Positions 28,959 through 37,832 of a stretch of 64,000 nt of DNA are shown here, in pieces. The stretch comes from Candidatus Moranbacteria bacterium GW2011_GWC2_40_12 (GTDB lineage: Bacteria > Patescibacteriota > Minisyncoccia > Moranbacterales > UBA11712): assembly GCA_000995965.1 (NCBI GenBank), contig LBYD01000001.1, positions 140,923 through 204,922 of the forward strand, in the 5' to 3' direction. Positions within the stretch are counted from its first letter, which is position 1. Each line of letters opens with the position of its first letter. A program made the position numbers and the translations under genes. Below the pieces are notes generated by a model, which was given only the letters and a program-made list of their open reading frames with translations, was not told the DNA's origin and ran no database searches.

Positions 28959-30497
28959 TTACAATAAACTCTTCAATTTCATCTCCTTTAGCTTGTTCGT
29001 CTCCATTATATCACAAATCGTCGGAGCGATATTTCCGAGCACTCCGCCAGGCGAGAGCTTCTTCCCCCGAAACCGGTCGGAGCAGAGTGCGAAAGGGACC
29101 GGATTTTTGGTGTGGAAAGTCATCGGGAGCCTGGCTTTCGCGTCCCACATGCAGTCGGCGTTCCCGTGGTCAGCCGTGATAACCAGATTTCCGCCGAGCT
29201 TTGCGAGCTCCTTATAGATTTTTGCGAGGGACTTGTCAATGGTTTCAACCGCTTTTATTGTTGCCTTTATGTTTCCCGTGTGGCCGACCATATCGGCGTT
29301 CGCGAAATTGAGCGCGGTGAAATCATATTTTCCTTTCTTCAACCCGTCCAGAACTTTCTGCGTGATTTCATTAGCCGACATTTGGGGGATCTTGGCGTAA
29401 TTATCTGTCACCGGCGACGGAACCATCAAGCGATCCTCACCATTGAGCGCGTCTGCGTAACCGCCGTTCAAGAAATAGGTGATATGGGCGAATTTCTCTT
29501 TTTCAGCTATGTATAATTGCGAAAATTCGGAAAGCGCCACGGGCAATGTTCCGTTCAGGGGGTGGTCCTGAAATGCGGTGTGCACCGGAAGATCCGGGCC
29601 GAAATTAGTCATCGCGACAAAGTACAGATTTTTGAGGCGCGGAGAAGGCAACTTTGTCTCTTTTGATTTTTCAAGCACGAACAGCTTCGCGAATTGGCGA
29701 GCGCGATCCGATCGCAGATTGAAAAATATCACAGAATCATTGTCTTTTATTTTGGCGATTGGCTTTCCATTTTCAGTTATCACTGAGGGCTTGATATATT
29801 CGTCGGTAATATTATTTTTATAATTTTCCCGGATCGCGTCTTCTGAATTTTTGAATTTTTTTCCTTTTCCATTGGCGAGAAGATCAAAGGCAATTTTGAG
29901 CCGGCTCCAGTTTTTGGCTCGGTCCATTGCGTAGAACCTTCCAACAATTGTCGCAATTTTTCCGACTCCAATGTCATAAATTTTCTTTTTCCATTCTTTT
30001 ATGTGCTCAAGAGCGCTTTTTGGATAAGAATCTCTTCCATCGGTAAAAAAATGCACATAAACATTCGAAATATTGTTTTTTTTGGCGAGAATAAAAAGGG
30101 CTTCCAAATGATATGGATTCATGTGAGGGCTGTCGATATTTCCCAAAAGGCCCATCAAATGAAGATCGGATTTGTTTTTTTTGGCGTGCGAAATCGCGCC
30201 AAGGAAGGCTGGATTATGAAAAAATGTTCCGGAATTGATGCTCTCGGAAATTTTTCTTGAATCTTGCTCAATGATCCGCCCCGCCCCGATATTCATGTGC
30301 CCCGTCTCTGATCCGCTCACCTGATGACTGTCAAGGCCCACGGCTTTTCCGTACGCCGCGAGTTCTGTGAAAGGGTATTTTTTTGTGAGAGTGTCGAAAA
30401 CCGGCGTTTTGGCAAGCCAAATCGCGTTGGTTTCGTCTTTGGGGCCGATTCCCCAGCCGTCGAGAATGGCGAGAATTGTGGGGTTATTCAATTTCAT
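28959..30497 (-). CDS. gpmI: 2,3-bisphosphoglycerate-independent phosphoglycerate mutase
   Basis: ILDGWG, SETGH, DGRD, GRFYAMDR, NFANADMVGH, TADHGN; start at MKLNNP. Confidence 0.95.
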   Translation of the reverse strand: MKLNNPTILAILDGWGIGPKDETNAIWLAKTPVFDTLTKKYPFTELAAYGKAVGLDSHQVSGSETGHMNIGAGRIIEQDSRKISESINSGTFFHNPAFLGAISHAKKNKSDLHLMGLLGNIDSPHMNPYHLEALFILAKKNNISNVYVHFFTDGRDSYPKSALEHIKEWKKKIYDIGVGKIATIVGRFYAMDRAKNWSRLKIAFDLLANGKGKKFKNSEDAIRENYKNNITDEYIKPSVITENGKPIAKIKDNDSVIFFNLRSDRARQFAKLFVLEKSKETKLPSPRLKNLYFVAMTNFGPDLPVHTAFQDHPLNGTLPVALSEFSQLYIAEKEKFAHITYFLNGGYADALNGEDRLMVPSPVTDNYAKIPQMSANEITQKVLDGLKKGKYDFTALNFANADMVGHTGNIKATIKAVETIDKSLAKIYKELAKLGGNLVITADHGNADCMWDAKARLPMTFHTKNPVPFALCSDRFRGKKLSPGGVLGNIAPTICDIMETNKLKEMKLKSLL

Positions 30498-31737
30498 TTT
30501 CAATTTCCAAAAGCCGGTTATATTTCGCGGTTCTTTCTCCGCGGCAGGGGGCGCCGAATTTGACGAATTCCGCGCCGGCAGCGACAGCGAGATCAGCGAT
30601 GAAATCATCCTCGGTTTCACCGCTCCGGTGAGAAACAACTATTTTGAGGTTGTTTTCCTGGCATTTTTTTATAAATTTGACTGTTTCTGAAAGTGTCCCA
30701 ATCTGATTTGGTTTTACGATTGCGGCATTCACAGCCGAAAAAGAAAGGGCCTTTTCGAGCCGGCCTAGGTTTGTTGCGAGCAGGTCATCTCCAATATTTA
30801 GAATGCGGTCCCCCATTTTTTCGTTCATTGCCTTCCAGTTTGCAAAATCATCTTCCGCAAGGCCGTCTTCGATGGAAAATAATTTATATGTCTTCTTCCA
30901 TTCCTGATACATCGCAACAAGGCGTTCCGGCTCAAGCGATGTATTTTCGGGTTTCAAGGTGTAAATCGACTGTTCGCTGTCAAAAAAATTCGCCGCAGCC
31001 GCGTCAATGCCGATCGAAACCATTCCACTGAAATTATAACCTGACTCTTCGATTGCTTTCTCAATATAATCAAGGGCTTCAATATTGCTCTCAAATTTCG
31101 GAGCAAAGCCGCCTTCATCGCCTATGCCAGCTGGAAATCCAGCGCCAGCCAGCATTTCTTTCAGTTTATGATAAATTTCGCTTGCCACACGAACTTTTTC
31201 AGCAAAATTCTTGAACTCACGAGGAATCACCTGAAATTCCTGGATGGACAGTCCCGAATCTGAATGGGCTCCCCCATTCAGGATATTGAAAAACGCCGTA
31301 GGTATTTTTTTCGGCTTTATAAAATGAAATATATTAGCAAGATATTTATAGAGCGAAATATTTTGAGATTTTGCCGCGCATCTTGCCGAGGCAAGAGAAA
31401 CAGCCAAAATGGCATTGGCCCCCAAGTTTGCCTTGTTTTCCGTTCCGTCGAGCGCAATGAGAGTTTCATCAATTTTTTTCTGGTCGGCAATATCAAATCC
31501 AACGATCTTTTTAGAAATAGTCTCGTTGATATTTTTGCAGGCATTCAAAACCCCCATTCCATTGTAGCGCGCATCGCCATCTCGCAATTCCAGCGCTTCG
31601 TATTTTCCCGTCGAGGCGCCTGATGGAACGGCGGCCGAACCGGATACTCCGTTTTCCAGTTTCACGGTTGCTTTCACTGTTGGATTCCCGCGTGAATCGA
31701 GAATTTCAAGGGCGGATATTTTTGTTATTTTTGGCAT
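30484..31737 (-). CDS. eno: Enolase
   Basis: EILDSRGNPTV, VPSGASTG, GDEGGFAP, SHRSGETED, ERTAKYNRLL. Confidence 0.97.
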   Translation of the reverse strand: MPKITKISALEILDSRGNPTVKATVKLENGVSGSAAVPSGASTGKYEALELRDGDARYNGMGVLNACKNINETISKKIVGFDIADQKKIDETLIALDGTENKANLGANAILAVSLASARCAAKSQNISLYKYLANIFHFIKPKKIPTAFFNILNGGAHSDSGLSIQEFQVIPREFKNFAEKVRVASEIYHKLKEMLAGAGFPAGIGDEGGFAPKFESNIEALDYIEKAIEESGYNFSGMVSIGIDAAAANFFDSEQSIYTLKPENTSLEPERLVAMYQEWKKTYKLFSIEDGLAEDDFANWKAMNEKMGDRILNIGDDLLATNLGRLEKALSFSAVNAAIVKPNQIGTLSETVKFIKKCQENNLKIVVSHRSGETEDDFIADLAVAAGAEFVKFGAPCRGERTAKYNRLLEIENEIE

Positions 31738-31744
31738 AAATTAT

Positions 31745-31856
31745 GAAGAATGTTGAATTCGGAATTGAATTGTGAATGGGAATGCGGAATAAAGAATTCA
31801 AAATTCAATATTCTTGATTCCTATTCTCAATTCTAAATTCACAATTCTCAATTCTT
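31745..31856. repeat. Degenerate heptamer inverted-repeat array (GAAT-rich arm / ATTC-rich arm)
   Basis: Repeated GAAT units followed by repeated ATTC units between pgk and eno. Confidence 0.65.
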
Positions 31857-31872
31857 ATTACAAAAAATAAAA

Positions 31873-32916
31873 TTATTGGCTGTCTTCGAGGGCTTTTATT
31901 CCAGGCAAAACTTTTCCAGACAGGAATTCAAGCATGGCGCCGCCGCCTGAAGAAATAAAGTCGAACTTCCCGGCGCCCTTTTTGGAATTGATATATTCAG
32001 CCGATTCGCCGCCGCCGGCAATTTTCCACGCATCCGAGGAAACTATCGCTTCATATACCCTATCAGTTCCCTCCCGATAGGTCTCATCTTCAAATTTGCC
32101 CATCGGTCCGTTCCAAACAACGAACGAGGCAGCCGAAATCGCCAGAATGTATTTTTGAATTGTTTTTGGTCCGATATCAAAATTATCATCGGCAAAATCT
32201 TCCGGCAAAACAACATTTTGAGGAAATTTCATGTTTTTTTCTTTTGCTTCAACCGAAATTCTTCCGCCTAAGAGAACCACGTCATATATTTTTGCAAGAT
32301 TTTCAATGACCGGCAATTTTGTTTCAAGCTTTGCTCCTCCGATAATAGCCATCGATGGCCTCTTGGCAGGTTTCAGCGCCTTTGAAAGCTCTTCTATCTC
32401 TTTTTGCATCAAAAAACCGGCGCACGACGGCTTCCAGCGCGGGATTTGGGCAATCGTCGCGTGAGCGCGATGAGAAGCGCTGAAGGCGTCGTTTACATAC
32501 GCGCCGAAGTGATGGCAAATATCAATAGAAAACTTTTCATCGTTCGCCTCTTCCTCCGGATAAAAACGGATATTTTCCGCGAGAGCGATTTCACCGTCAG
32601 AAAGATTCCTGATAGCTGTGTCTCCTTCGGAGCTTTTTATGTCTGCGATAAACTTCACCTCTTTCTTTAGAAGTGTTGAAAGCATTTCTGAAACTGGTTT
32701 CAATGAGAATTCTGGAGCAATTTTTCCGTCCGGACGGCCCAGATGCGAAATTACGACAATCTTTGACCTGGATTGATTTAGGATATATTCAAGCGTTGGA
32801 AGCGCGAGCCTTATTCGAAAATCATCCTTGATATCCCCGTTTTCAATAGGCACGTTGAAGTCGGCTCTGACAAGGACGCGCTTATATTTGAAATCGAGGT
32901 CTTTTAAATGTTTCAT
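31873..32916 (-). CDS. pgk: Phosphoglycerate kinase (short form)
   Basis: RADFNVP, SHLGRP, NDAFSASHRAH, GGAK, WNGPMG, SGGGAMLEFL. Confidence 0.96.
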   Translation of the reverse strand: MKHLKDLDFKYKRVLVRADFNVPIENGDIKDDFRIRLALPTLEYILNQSRSKIVVISHLGRPDGKIAPEFSLKPVSEMLSTLLKKEVKFIADIKSSEGDTAIRNLSDGEIALAENIRFYPEEEANDEKFSIDICHHFGAYVNDAFSASHRAHATIAQIPRWKPSCAGFLMQKEIEELSKALKPAKRPSMAIIGGAKLETKLPVIENLAKIYDVVLLGGRISVEAKEKNMKFPQNVVLPEDFADDNFDIGPKTIQKYILAISAASFVVWNGPMGKFEDETYREGTDRVYEAIVSSDAWKIAGGGESAEYINSKKGAGKFDFISSGGGAMLEFLSGKVLPGIKALEDSQ

Positions 32917-33034
32917 AAATAATACAAAGTGTAAAATTCAAGACTTATTTAATCCTAAAATAATTTTATAATTCGATTAATTTAACATTTTTAACTGTCA
33001 TTTTGCATTTTGATGTTTGAATTTTGAATTATCG

Positions 33035-34120
33035 TCACCCCATTCCTAAAATCCCGATAATCAGGCCGATTCCAGCGGCTACTCCCGTCAAAATCCAGGC
33101 CCGCATCGTAACTTTTGTTTCTGGCCATCCAATTGCTTCAAAATGGTGGTGTATCGGCGTAGATAAAAAAACCTTGCGATGAAAAAATCTTTTGGATGAT
33201 AACTGAATGATAACAGATCCCGCTTCAATCACGAAAACCAAGCAAACCAGCGGAAGAATCAGCACTGAATTGGTCAGCATGGCGATCACCGCCAAAGTGG
33301 CTCCCAGCGATACGGCGCCGGTATCGCCCATAAAAAATCTGGCCGGATAGATATTGAACCACAAAAATGCCAGGAGCGCGCCGCAGATCGCGGCGCAAAA
33401 CGCAGCCAGGTTTATCTTGTTTTGCGCAAAGGCGATAACACCGAAGGATGCGAAGGCTATCAGAAGAATCCCTCCGTTCAATCCATCCAATCCGTCGGTG
33501 ATATTTGACGAAAAAGCTGTTGCCAGCACCACAAATGTAAAAAATGGTATATACCACCAGCCTATTTCAAAATCTCCAAGTCCGGAAACATGAATAGAAT
33601 GGAAATCGAGCTTGTAATAGAACCAGAGTGATCCTGCGACGGCGATAATTACCAGCCATCCGAATCGATAGAGGAATCGAATGCCGCCTCCCTTATTTGT
33701 TCCCCATCCGCGGACGCTGAATACGTCATCAAATGCCCCCACTATTGCCGCGGATATTAATACAAAAAAAGGAAGCCATGTCTGAGAACGACTAAAAAAA
33801 TCAAGGCGCGTGATGAGTTTGGCACTGAAAAACGGAGTGACAACATACATGAAAACAGCCAGGAACAGCACTGTGATCCAAACAAGCGCTCCCCCCATGG
33901 ACGGAGTGCCACTTTTGTTTTTGTGAAGATTGTGATAAATCGGGGCCTTTTTTCCATCGACGGAAGTTTCCTTTATTTTCACGCCGATTTTATACTTGTA
34001 AAGAAATTTGGTGAGAAGCGGAGTCCAAAGCATCGCCAATACGAAAGCCGCCGTTCCCAAAATCCATATTTTGAGGACGGCCATTGCGGCGGGGATGGTT
34101 GTTACATCGGCAAATTTCAT
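33035..34120 (-). CDS. mraY: Phospho-N-acetylmuramoyl-pentapeptide transferase
   Basis: KSGTPSMGG, DD, NITDGLDGL, FMGDTG, PIHHHFE. Confidence 0.95.
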   Translation of the reverse strand: MKFADVTTIPAAMAVLKIWILGTAAFVLAMLWTPLLTKFLYKYKIGVKIKETSVDGKKAPIYHNLHKNKSGTPSMGGALVWITVLFLAVFMYVVTPFFSAKLITRLDFFSRSQTWLPFFVLISAAIVGAFDDVFSVRGWGTNKGGGIRFLYRFGWLVIIAVAGSLWFYYKLDFHSIHVSGLGDFEIGWWYIPFFTFVVLATAFSSNITDGLDGLNGGILLIAFASFGVIAFAQNKINLAAFCAAICGALLAFLWFNIYPARFFMGDTGAVSLGATLAVIAMLTNSVLILPLVCLVFVIEAGSVIIQLSSKRFFHRKVFLSTPIHHHFEAIGWPETKVTMRAWILTGVAAGIGLIIGILGMG

Positions 34121-34121
34121 A

Positions 34122-35156
34122 TTATTTCCATTCAAAATTATCAAATGTCCAGCTGATAAGTCCCGCCATATCTTCCCAACGGTTGTTGTCATTCAGGATC
34201 ACGGCAATAATCTTGTGTTTTCCTGTTTGCGGATCGACTGCCGCCATCATAAGCGATTTTCCCGCATTGTAGGTGAAGCCTGTCTTGCCTCCAATGCAGT
34301 TTGGCATTTGGCCAATCAGAAGGTCCGTATTCTTCAAAATATGGAAATATTTTCCATCACAGGAGCCGATTTCGGCTTCGGGCATTTTCATTATCTTCCA
34401 GATCAGGTCATATTGCATTGAATAAGCCGTGATTCGGGCAAGGTCATAGGCAGAAGAATAACAATCATCCTCATCAAGCCCGGATGGATTGCAGAATTTC
34501 GAATCTCCGAGATTCAAATCTTTTGCTTTCTTATTCATAAGCTCGGCGAAATTCTTCTGTGATCCGGAAATATGTTTTCCCAGGGCAACGGCGGCATCGT
34601 TCGCGCTGTTGAGAAGCATCGCCATTAGCAGGTCTTTTGCGGTCACTTTTTCTCCCTCATGGAGCCTTTCATTCACGCAATATCCGCTCCGGGGACAGCC
34701 GACCTTTGTTCCTTCAGTCAGGAGGGCTTCCTCGTCAATCGTCACAGGCTCATCCAGATTTTTTACTTCTTCCATCACAATTATGGCAGTCATCATTTTT
34801 GTAAGCGAAGCGATTGGTATTTTTCCGCGCCCATTGTCATAATGAAGAATTGTCCCGCTATCAACATCAATTACAACAGAAGAAGTGGCGAATATTTTTG
34901 TGTTCCGGAATTCTTTTTTTCTTTGCGGAACCAGCCCTGATCCGCCATAATTTTCATTTTTGGCAATATCAGAGCTTTTCAAGCTGCCCTTCAGGCTGTC
35001 ACCTTCCGCAGAAGAAGACGGCATATCTCCTTTGTGATCGGTGACTCCTTCGACAACCTGGCTGCTGGAACCCTTTTTCTGAGGGCTGGCAGCGGGAAGA
35101 AAAAAATACTGGAAAGGCAGAAAAAATATTAATAATAGAATTGAAATGGTAGTCAT
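34122..35156 (-). CDS. D-alanyl-D-alanine carboxypeptidase (peptidase S11)
   Basis: ASLTK, SAN, NPSGL, KTGFT. Confidence 0.92.
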   Translation of the reverse strand: MTTISILLLIFFLPFQYFFLPAASPQKKGSSSQVVEGVTDHKGDMPSSSAEGDSLKGSLKSSDIAKNENYGGSGLVPQRKKEFRNTKIFATSSVVIDVDSGTILHYDNGRGKIPIASLTKMMTAIIVMEEVKNLDEPVTIDEEALLTEGTKVGCPRSGYCVNERLHEGEKVTAKDLLMAMLLNSANDAAVALGKHISGSQKNFAELMNKKAKDLNLGDSKFCNPSGLDEDDCYSSAYDLARITAYSMQYDLIWKIMKMPEAEIGSCDGKYFHILKNTDLLIGQMPNCIGGKTGFTYNAGKSLMMAAVDPQTGKHKIIAVILNDNNRWEDMAGLISWTFDNFEWK

Positions 35157-35159
35157 ATT

Positions 35160-35714
35160 TTATTGGGCTTCCTCATCCAGCGTAAGAAGCGTTGCTACTT
35201 TATCATTTTTGGAAAGGGTTTCCCAGTCGGGAAGCTCACTTATTTTTTGAATTCCAAGATATTTCAGAAAATCAAAGGATATTTCATAAAGATATCCGCG
35301 AATATCCGAAGTCTCCCTCCTCCCAACCAACCCGCGCATCAAAAGGCTTCGCAAGACATAACTCGAATTGGCACCCCTGATCGCGTCAATTTGGATTCTC
35401 GTAATCGGTCCTCGGTAAGCGATGATGGACAGTGTTTCCATGGCCGATTTTGAAATATCAGCGCTTAGCTCCCCGCTGACAAGTTGGTTCACGAACTTTG
35501 AATTTTCAGGATTGCTTGCCAATTGGTACGAATCATTTCCGGAAAGAATTCTTAGGCCGCGAGCATCCCGGTATTCGTTTTCAAGCTTCGCCATGGCCTC
35601 CTTAACCTCATTCTTAGGAATTCCGCAGATTTTGGCAAGTTTTTGAGCTCCAATCGGTTCGCCGGAGACGAAAAGAAGGCTCTCAAGGATTGATTTTAGC
35701 TTATTTTCTTCCAT
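35160..35714 (-). CDS. scpB: Segregation and condensation protein B
   Basis: LESLLFVSGEP, ETLSIIAYRGPITR..I..IRG. Confidence 0.95.
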   Translation of the reverse strand: MEENKLKSILESLLFVSGEPIGAQKLAKICGIPKNEVKEAMAKLENEYRDARGLRILSGNDSYQLASNPENSKFVNQLVSGELSADISKSAMETLSIIAYRGPITRIQIDAIRGANSSYVLRSLLMRGLVGRRETSDIRGYLYEISFDFLKYLGIQKISELPDWETLSKNDKVATLLTLDEEAQ

Positions 35715-35742
35715 TTTTTTTATTTAATTATTCTTCCAGATC

Positions 35743-36453
35743 TCAAGAATCAGGAATCTCATGCTTTCTTATCCTTATTTCTTCGAATAATTCGCTTTGC
35801 TCAACGGAAACAATTCTTTGTTTCACAAGCTCGAGTAGCGCCAAAAAACTCACAATCACTTCTATATTGTTCTTTGCGGAACTTTTGAGCTGTGAAAAAC
35901 CCATCTCAACTCTCGTTTCGAGATTTTTTTGAAGTTCGCTGATTTTTTCTTCCAGAGTTATTATATCACGAATTGCCTCTTCAGGAACCTTTTCCGGAAG
36001 GACAATTTGGTCAATTATTTTTTGGAATTGTTTTTTGAGATCAAAAGAGTTGAGATTTTTTGGCGGAGCAAACACAATCGCTGATCCCAAGAGATAATCC
36101 CTGGAAAACATAATTTTTTTTCCAAAGAGCAGGCTTAATTTCGCCGAAGCTTCTTTATACTTTTTGTATTCTTTGAGCTGCTCCTCAAGATCCTTTATTT
36201 CATTTTCTTCTTCGGGTGTCACTTCTAGCGTCGGCAGGATGCTTCTCGACTTGATGAGAATTATCTTTGAAGCGATATTCACGAATTCTGCCAAGTTCTC
36301 AAGACTGATACCTTGCTCGTCCCGGACATATTGAAGATAATCATCGGCGACTTTGGCTATGGAAATCTGCGCGATATCAAGTTTCTGTTCCTCGATGAGC
36401 TCGAGGAGCAAATCCAAAGGACCTTCAAATTTTGGAATTTTCACGTTATACAT
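35743..36453 (-). CDS. scpA: Segregation and condensation protein A
   Basis: FEGPLDLLLELI, IKSRSILP, VSFLALLELVK. Confidence 0.95.
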   Translation of the reverse strand: MYNVKIPKFEGPLDLLLELIEEQKLDIAQISIAKVADDYLQYVRDEQGISLENLAEFVNIASKIILIKSRSILPTLEVTPEEENEIKDLEEQLKEYKKYKEASAKLSLLFGKKIMFSRDYLLGSAIVFAPPKNLNSFDLKKQFQKIIDQIVLPEKVPEEAIRDIITLEEKISELQKNLETRVEMGFSQLKSSAKNNIEVIVSFLALLELVKQRIVSVEQSELFEEIRIRKHEIPDS

Positions 36454-36637
36454 AATAACAATAAACTCTTTCACACATCCTCGCTATTTCATGATTCAAA
36501 GAGAAATCCTCATTCATAATAGCACTTTTTCCCGTCTTTGGAAACAAAAAAAGCCCCAAAAACAAAGGCGCGTATTTCCATCATCCCAGATCCCCCTTTT
36601 TTTCACTTTCCTGCTGTTGCTATCATTCAGAAAAATA

Positions 36638-36660
36638 ATACGGCCGTTGGAAAATGCTAA
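36638..36660. repeat. Left copy of palindromic repeat flanking the PaaX/Cas2-like gene
   Basis: ATACGGCCGTTGGAAAATGCTAA; its reverse complement matches 37230-37252 at 21/23. Confidence 0.8.
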
Positions 36661-37220
36661 TTTTGGCTTTTTAGGAAATGGTTTTTGAGAGAGGATTCGT
36701 TGTCCACCTTTTCGGCTGTGATAATCCGCACATACGCTTGGGCCGAATATATTTCAACCAGTTCCGAAATCGGCTTTTCGAAAGGATATGGAGAAATGAA
36801 AACGCTGTGCTGGAGCTTCAGGAATTTGAGTTTGCGCAAATGCTCGCGCAAAATATCGCGGAAAAGGCGGTCTTTTTCCGGAATATCAAAAAGGACGACT
36901 CTCTATTTGCCGTCCCAGCGCTTTGGTTTTTTGAAATTTATCGAATTTCCCAAAAGATCAAGGATTCTTGCTTCGCGCTTTCCTCTCGCAGTGAGAATCA
37001 GCTTGAATGATCCGTCCGGGAGACTCTTTTCTTCGAGCAGTTTTTCTTTTGCCAGACGCCGCATTGACCGGGTGAAGGCCTGCTGGTTGATTTTTCTCCA
37101 TTCGCTTTTGATAAGGCGGGGGTTTTTGTAGTATTGGCGGGGATCCCGGGAATGCCCCAGGGCGACGCCTCCCAAAAGCGCCAGAAGAATCTTTCTTTTT
37201 ACCGACCCTATTTTATACAT
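36657..37220 (-). pseudogene. PaaX-like wHTH + Cas2-like domain regulator interrupted by one in-frame TAG (36903-36905)
   Basis: Frame reads ...LTARG...KPKRWDGK*RVVLFDIPEKDR..RD.LR..L..L.F..LQHSVFISPYP...; the family normally has WDGKWR. Confidence 0.85.
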
Positions 37221-37229
37221 AAATATATT

Positions 37230-37263
37230 TCAGCATTTTCCCACGGCCGTATCAAAATGCTAA
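37230..37263. repeat. Right copy of palindromic repeat AGCATTTT-CCCACGGCCGTATC-AAAATGCT
   Basis: Self-complementary; lies about 10 bp upstream of the ATG at 37220. Confidence 0.8.
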
Positions 37264-37295
37264 CACTACCCTAATTGAATGTCAGGGTGTATTAT

Positions 37296-37562
37296 TCAGC
37301 CGAATTTATATTTCTTTTTGATAGGAGCAGTGACGCGCCAGGTGCATTCAGGGCCTGGCGAGAAAACAACCCAGTCGCCGGCGGAAAATGCCGCTGATTC
37401 GCTCCCGTCATTTACGCTGACAGTCGCCTCGCCCTCGAGAATGAAGCAAGTTTCCTGCGCGTCGTATTTCCAGGGAAATTCGGAGACTTCTTTTTCCCAA
37501 ATTGGCCAACTTTCGGCCAGTTTCTTTTCTTCCTCCGTCGGTTTTCGGACTTCAATTTTCAT
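37296..37562 (-). CDS. Cupin domain protein (DUF861/EutQ-like)
   Basis: WPIWEKEVSEFPWKY..ETCFILEG...AGDWVVF..G..CTW. Confidence 0.9.
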   Translation of the reverse strand: MKIEVRKPTEEEKKLAESWPIWEKEVSEFPWKYDAQETCFILEGEATVSVNDGSESAAFSAGDWVVFSPGPECTWRVTAPIKKKYKFG

Positions 37563-37575
37563 AATATATCGATTA

Positions 37576-37711
37576 GTATTTATTTCCCCTGCCGGTGTTA
37601 CGTAGCTTGCTACGTAATCATTTTATCCCCGAAATTTCAAACCCGAAAGCGGTTGTTTTTTGAATCCCAGGCTGTTTTCCTAATATAAAGTGTTAGCGGG
37701 GAGTTAAATAC
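37576..37711 (-). ncRNA. Candidate structured RNA with 6S-like architecture
   Basis: Hand folding gives a closing stem, an A-rich central bubble with a 3' hairpin and a 13-bp apical stem; no ORF. Confidence 0.35.
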
Positions 37712-37832
37712 GTATTTTATTCCTTAAGTTAAGCTTTAGGAATGGCTATTGTTTGTTTTCATTTTATTGGAATTACCTTTGCGAAAAATCACATTCGAAG
37801 TGATCATATCTCTGATTGGCCCGTTCTTTTTC

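Noticed and set aside
28959-30638. Long N-terminal extensions or overlaps in the ORF track (gpmI, mraY, aspS, M23, GT4)
   Set aside because: Artefacts of longest-ORF calling; downstream ATGs match family N-termini
36903-36905. Genome-wide stop-codon reassignment
   Set aside because: TAG and TGA both end conserved genes at the expected positions (lepA and aspS with TAG; glyA and mraY with TGA)
36657-37220. CRISPR-Cas locus suggested by the Cas2-like domain
   Set aside because: No repeat-spacer array, cas1 or effector genes in the window; the domain is fused to a wHTH
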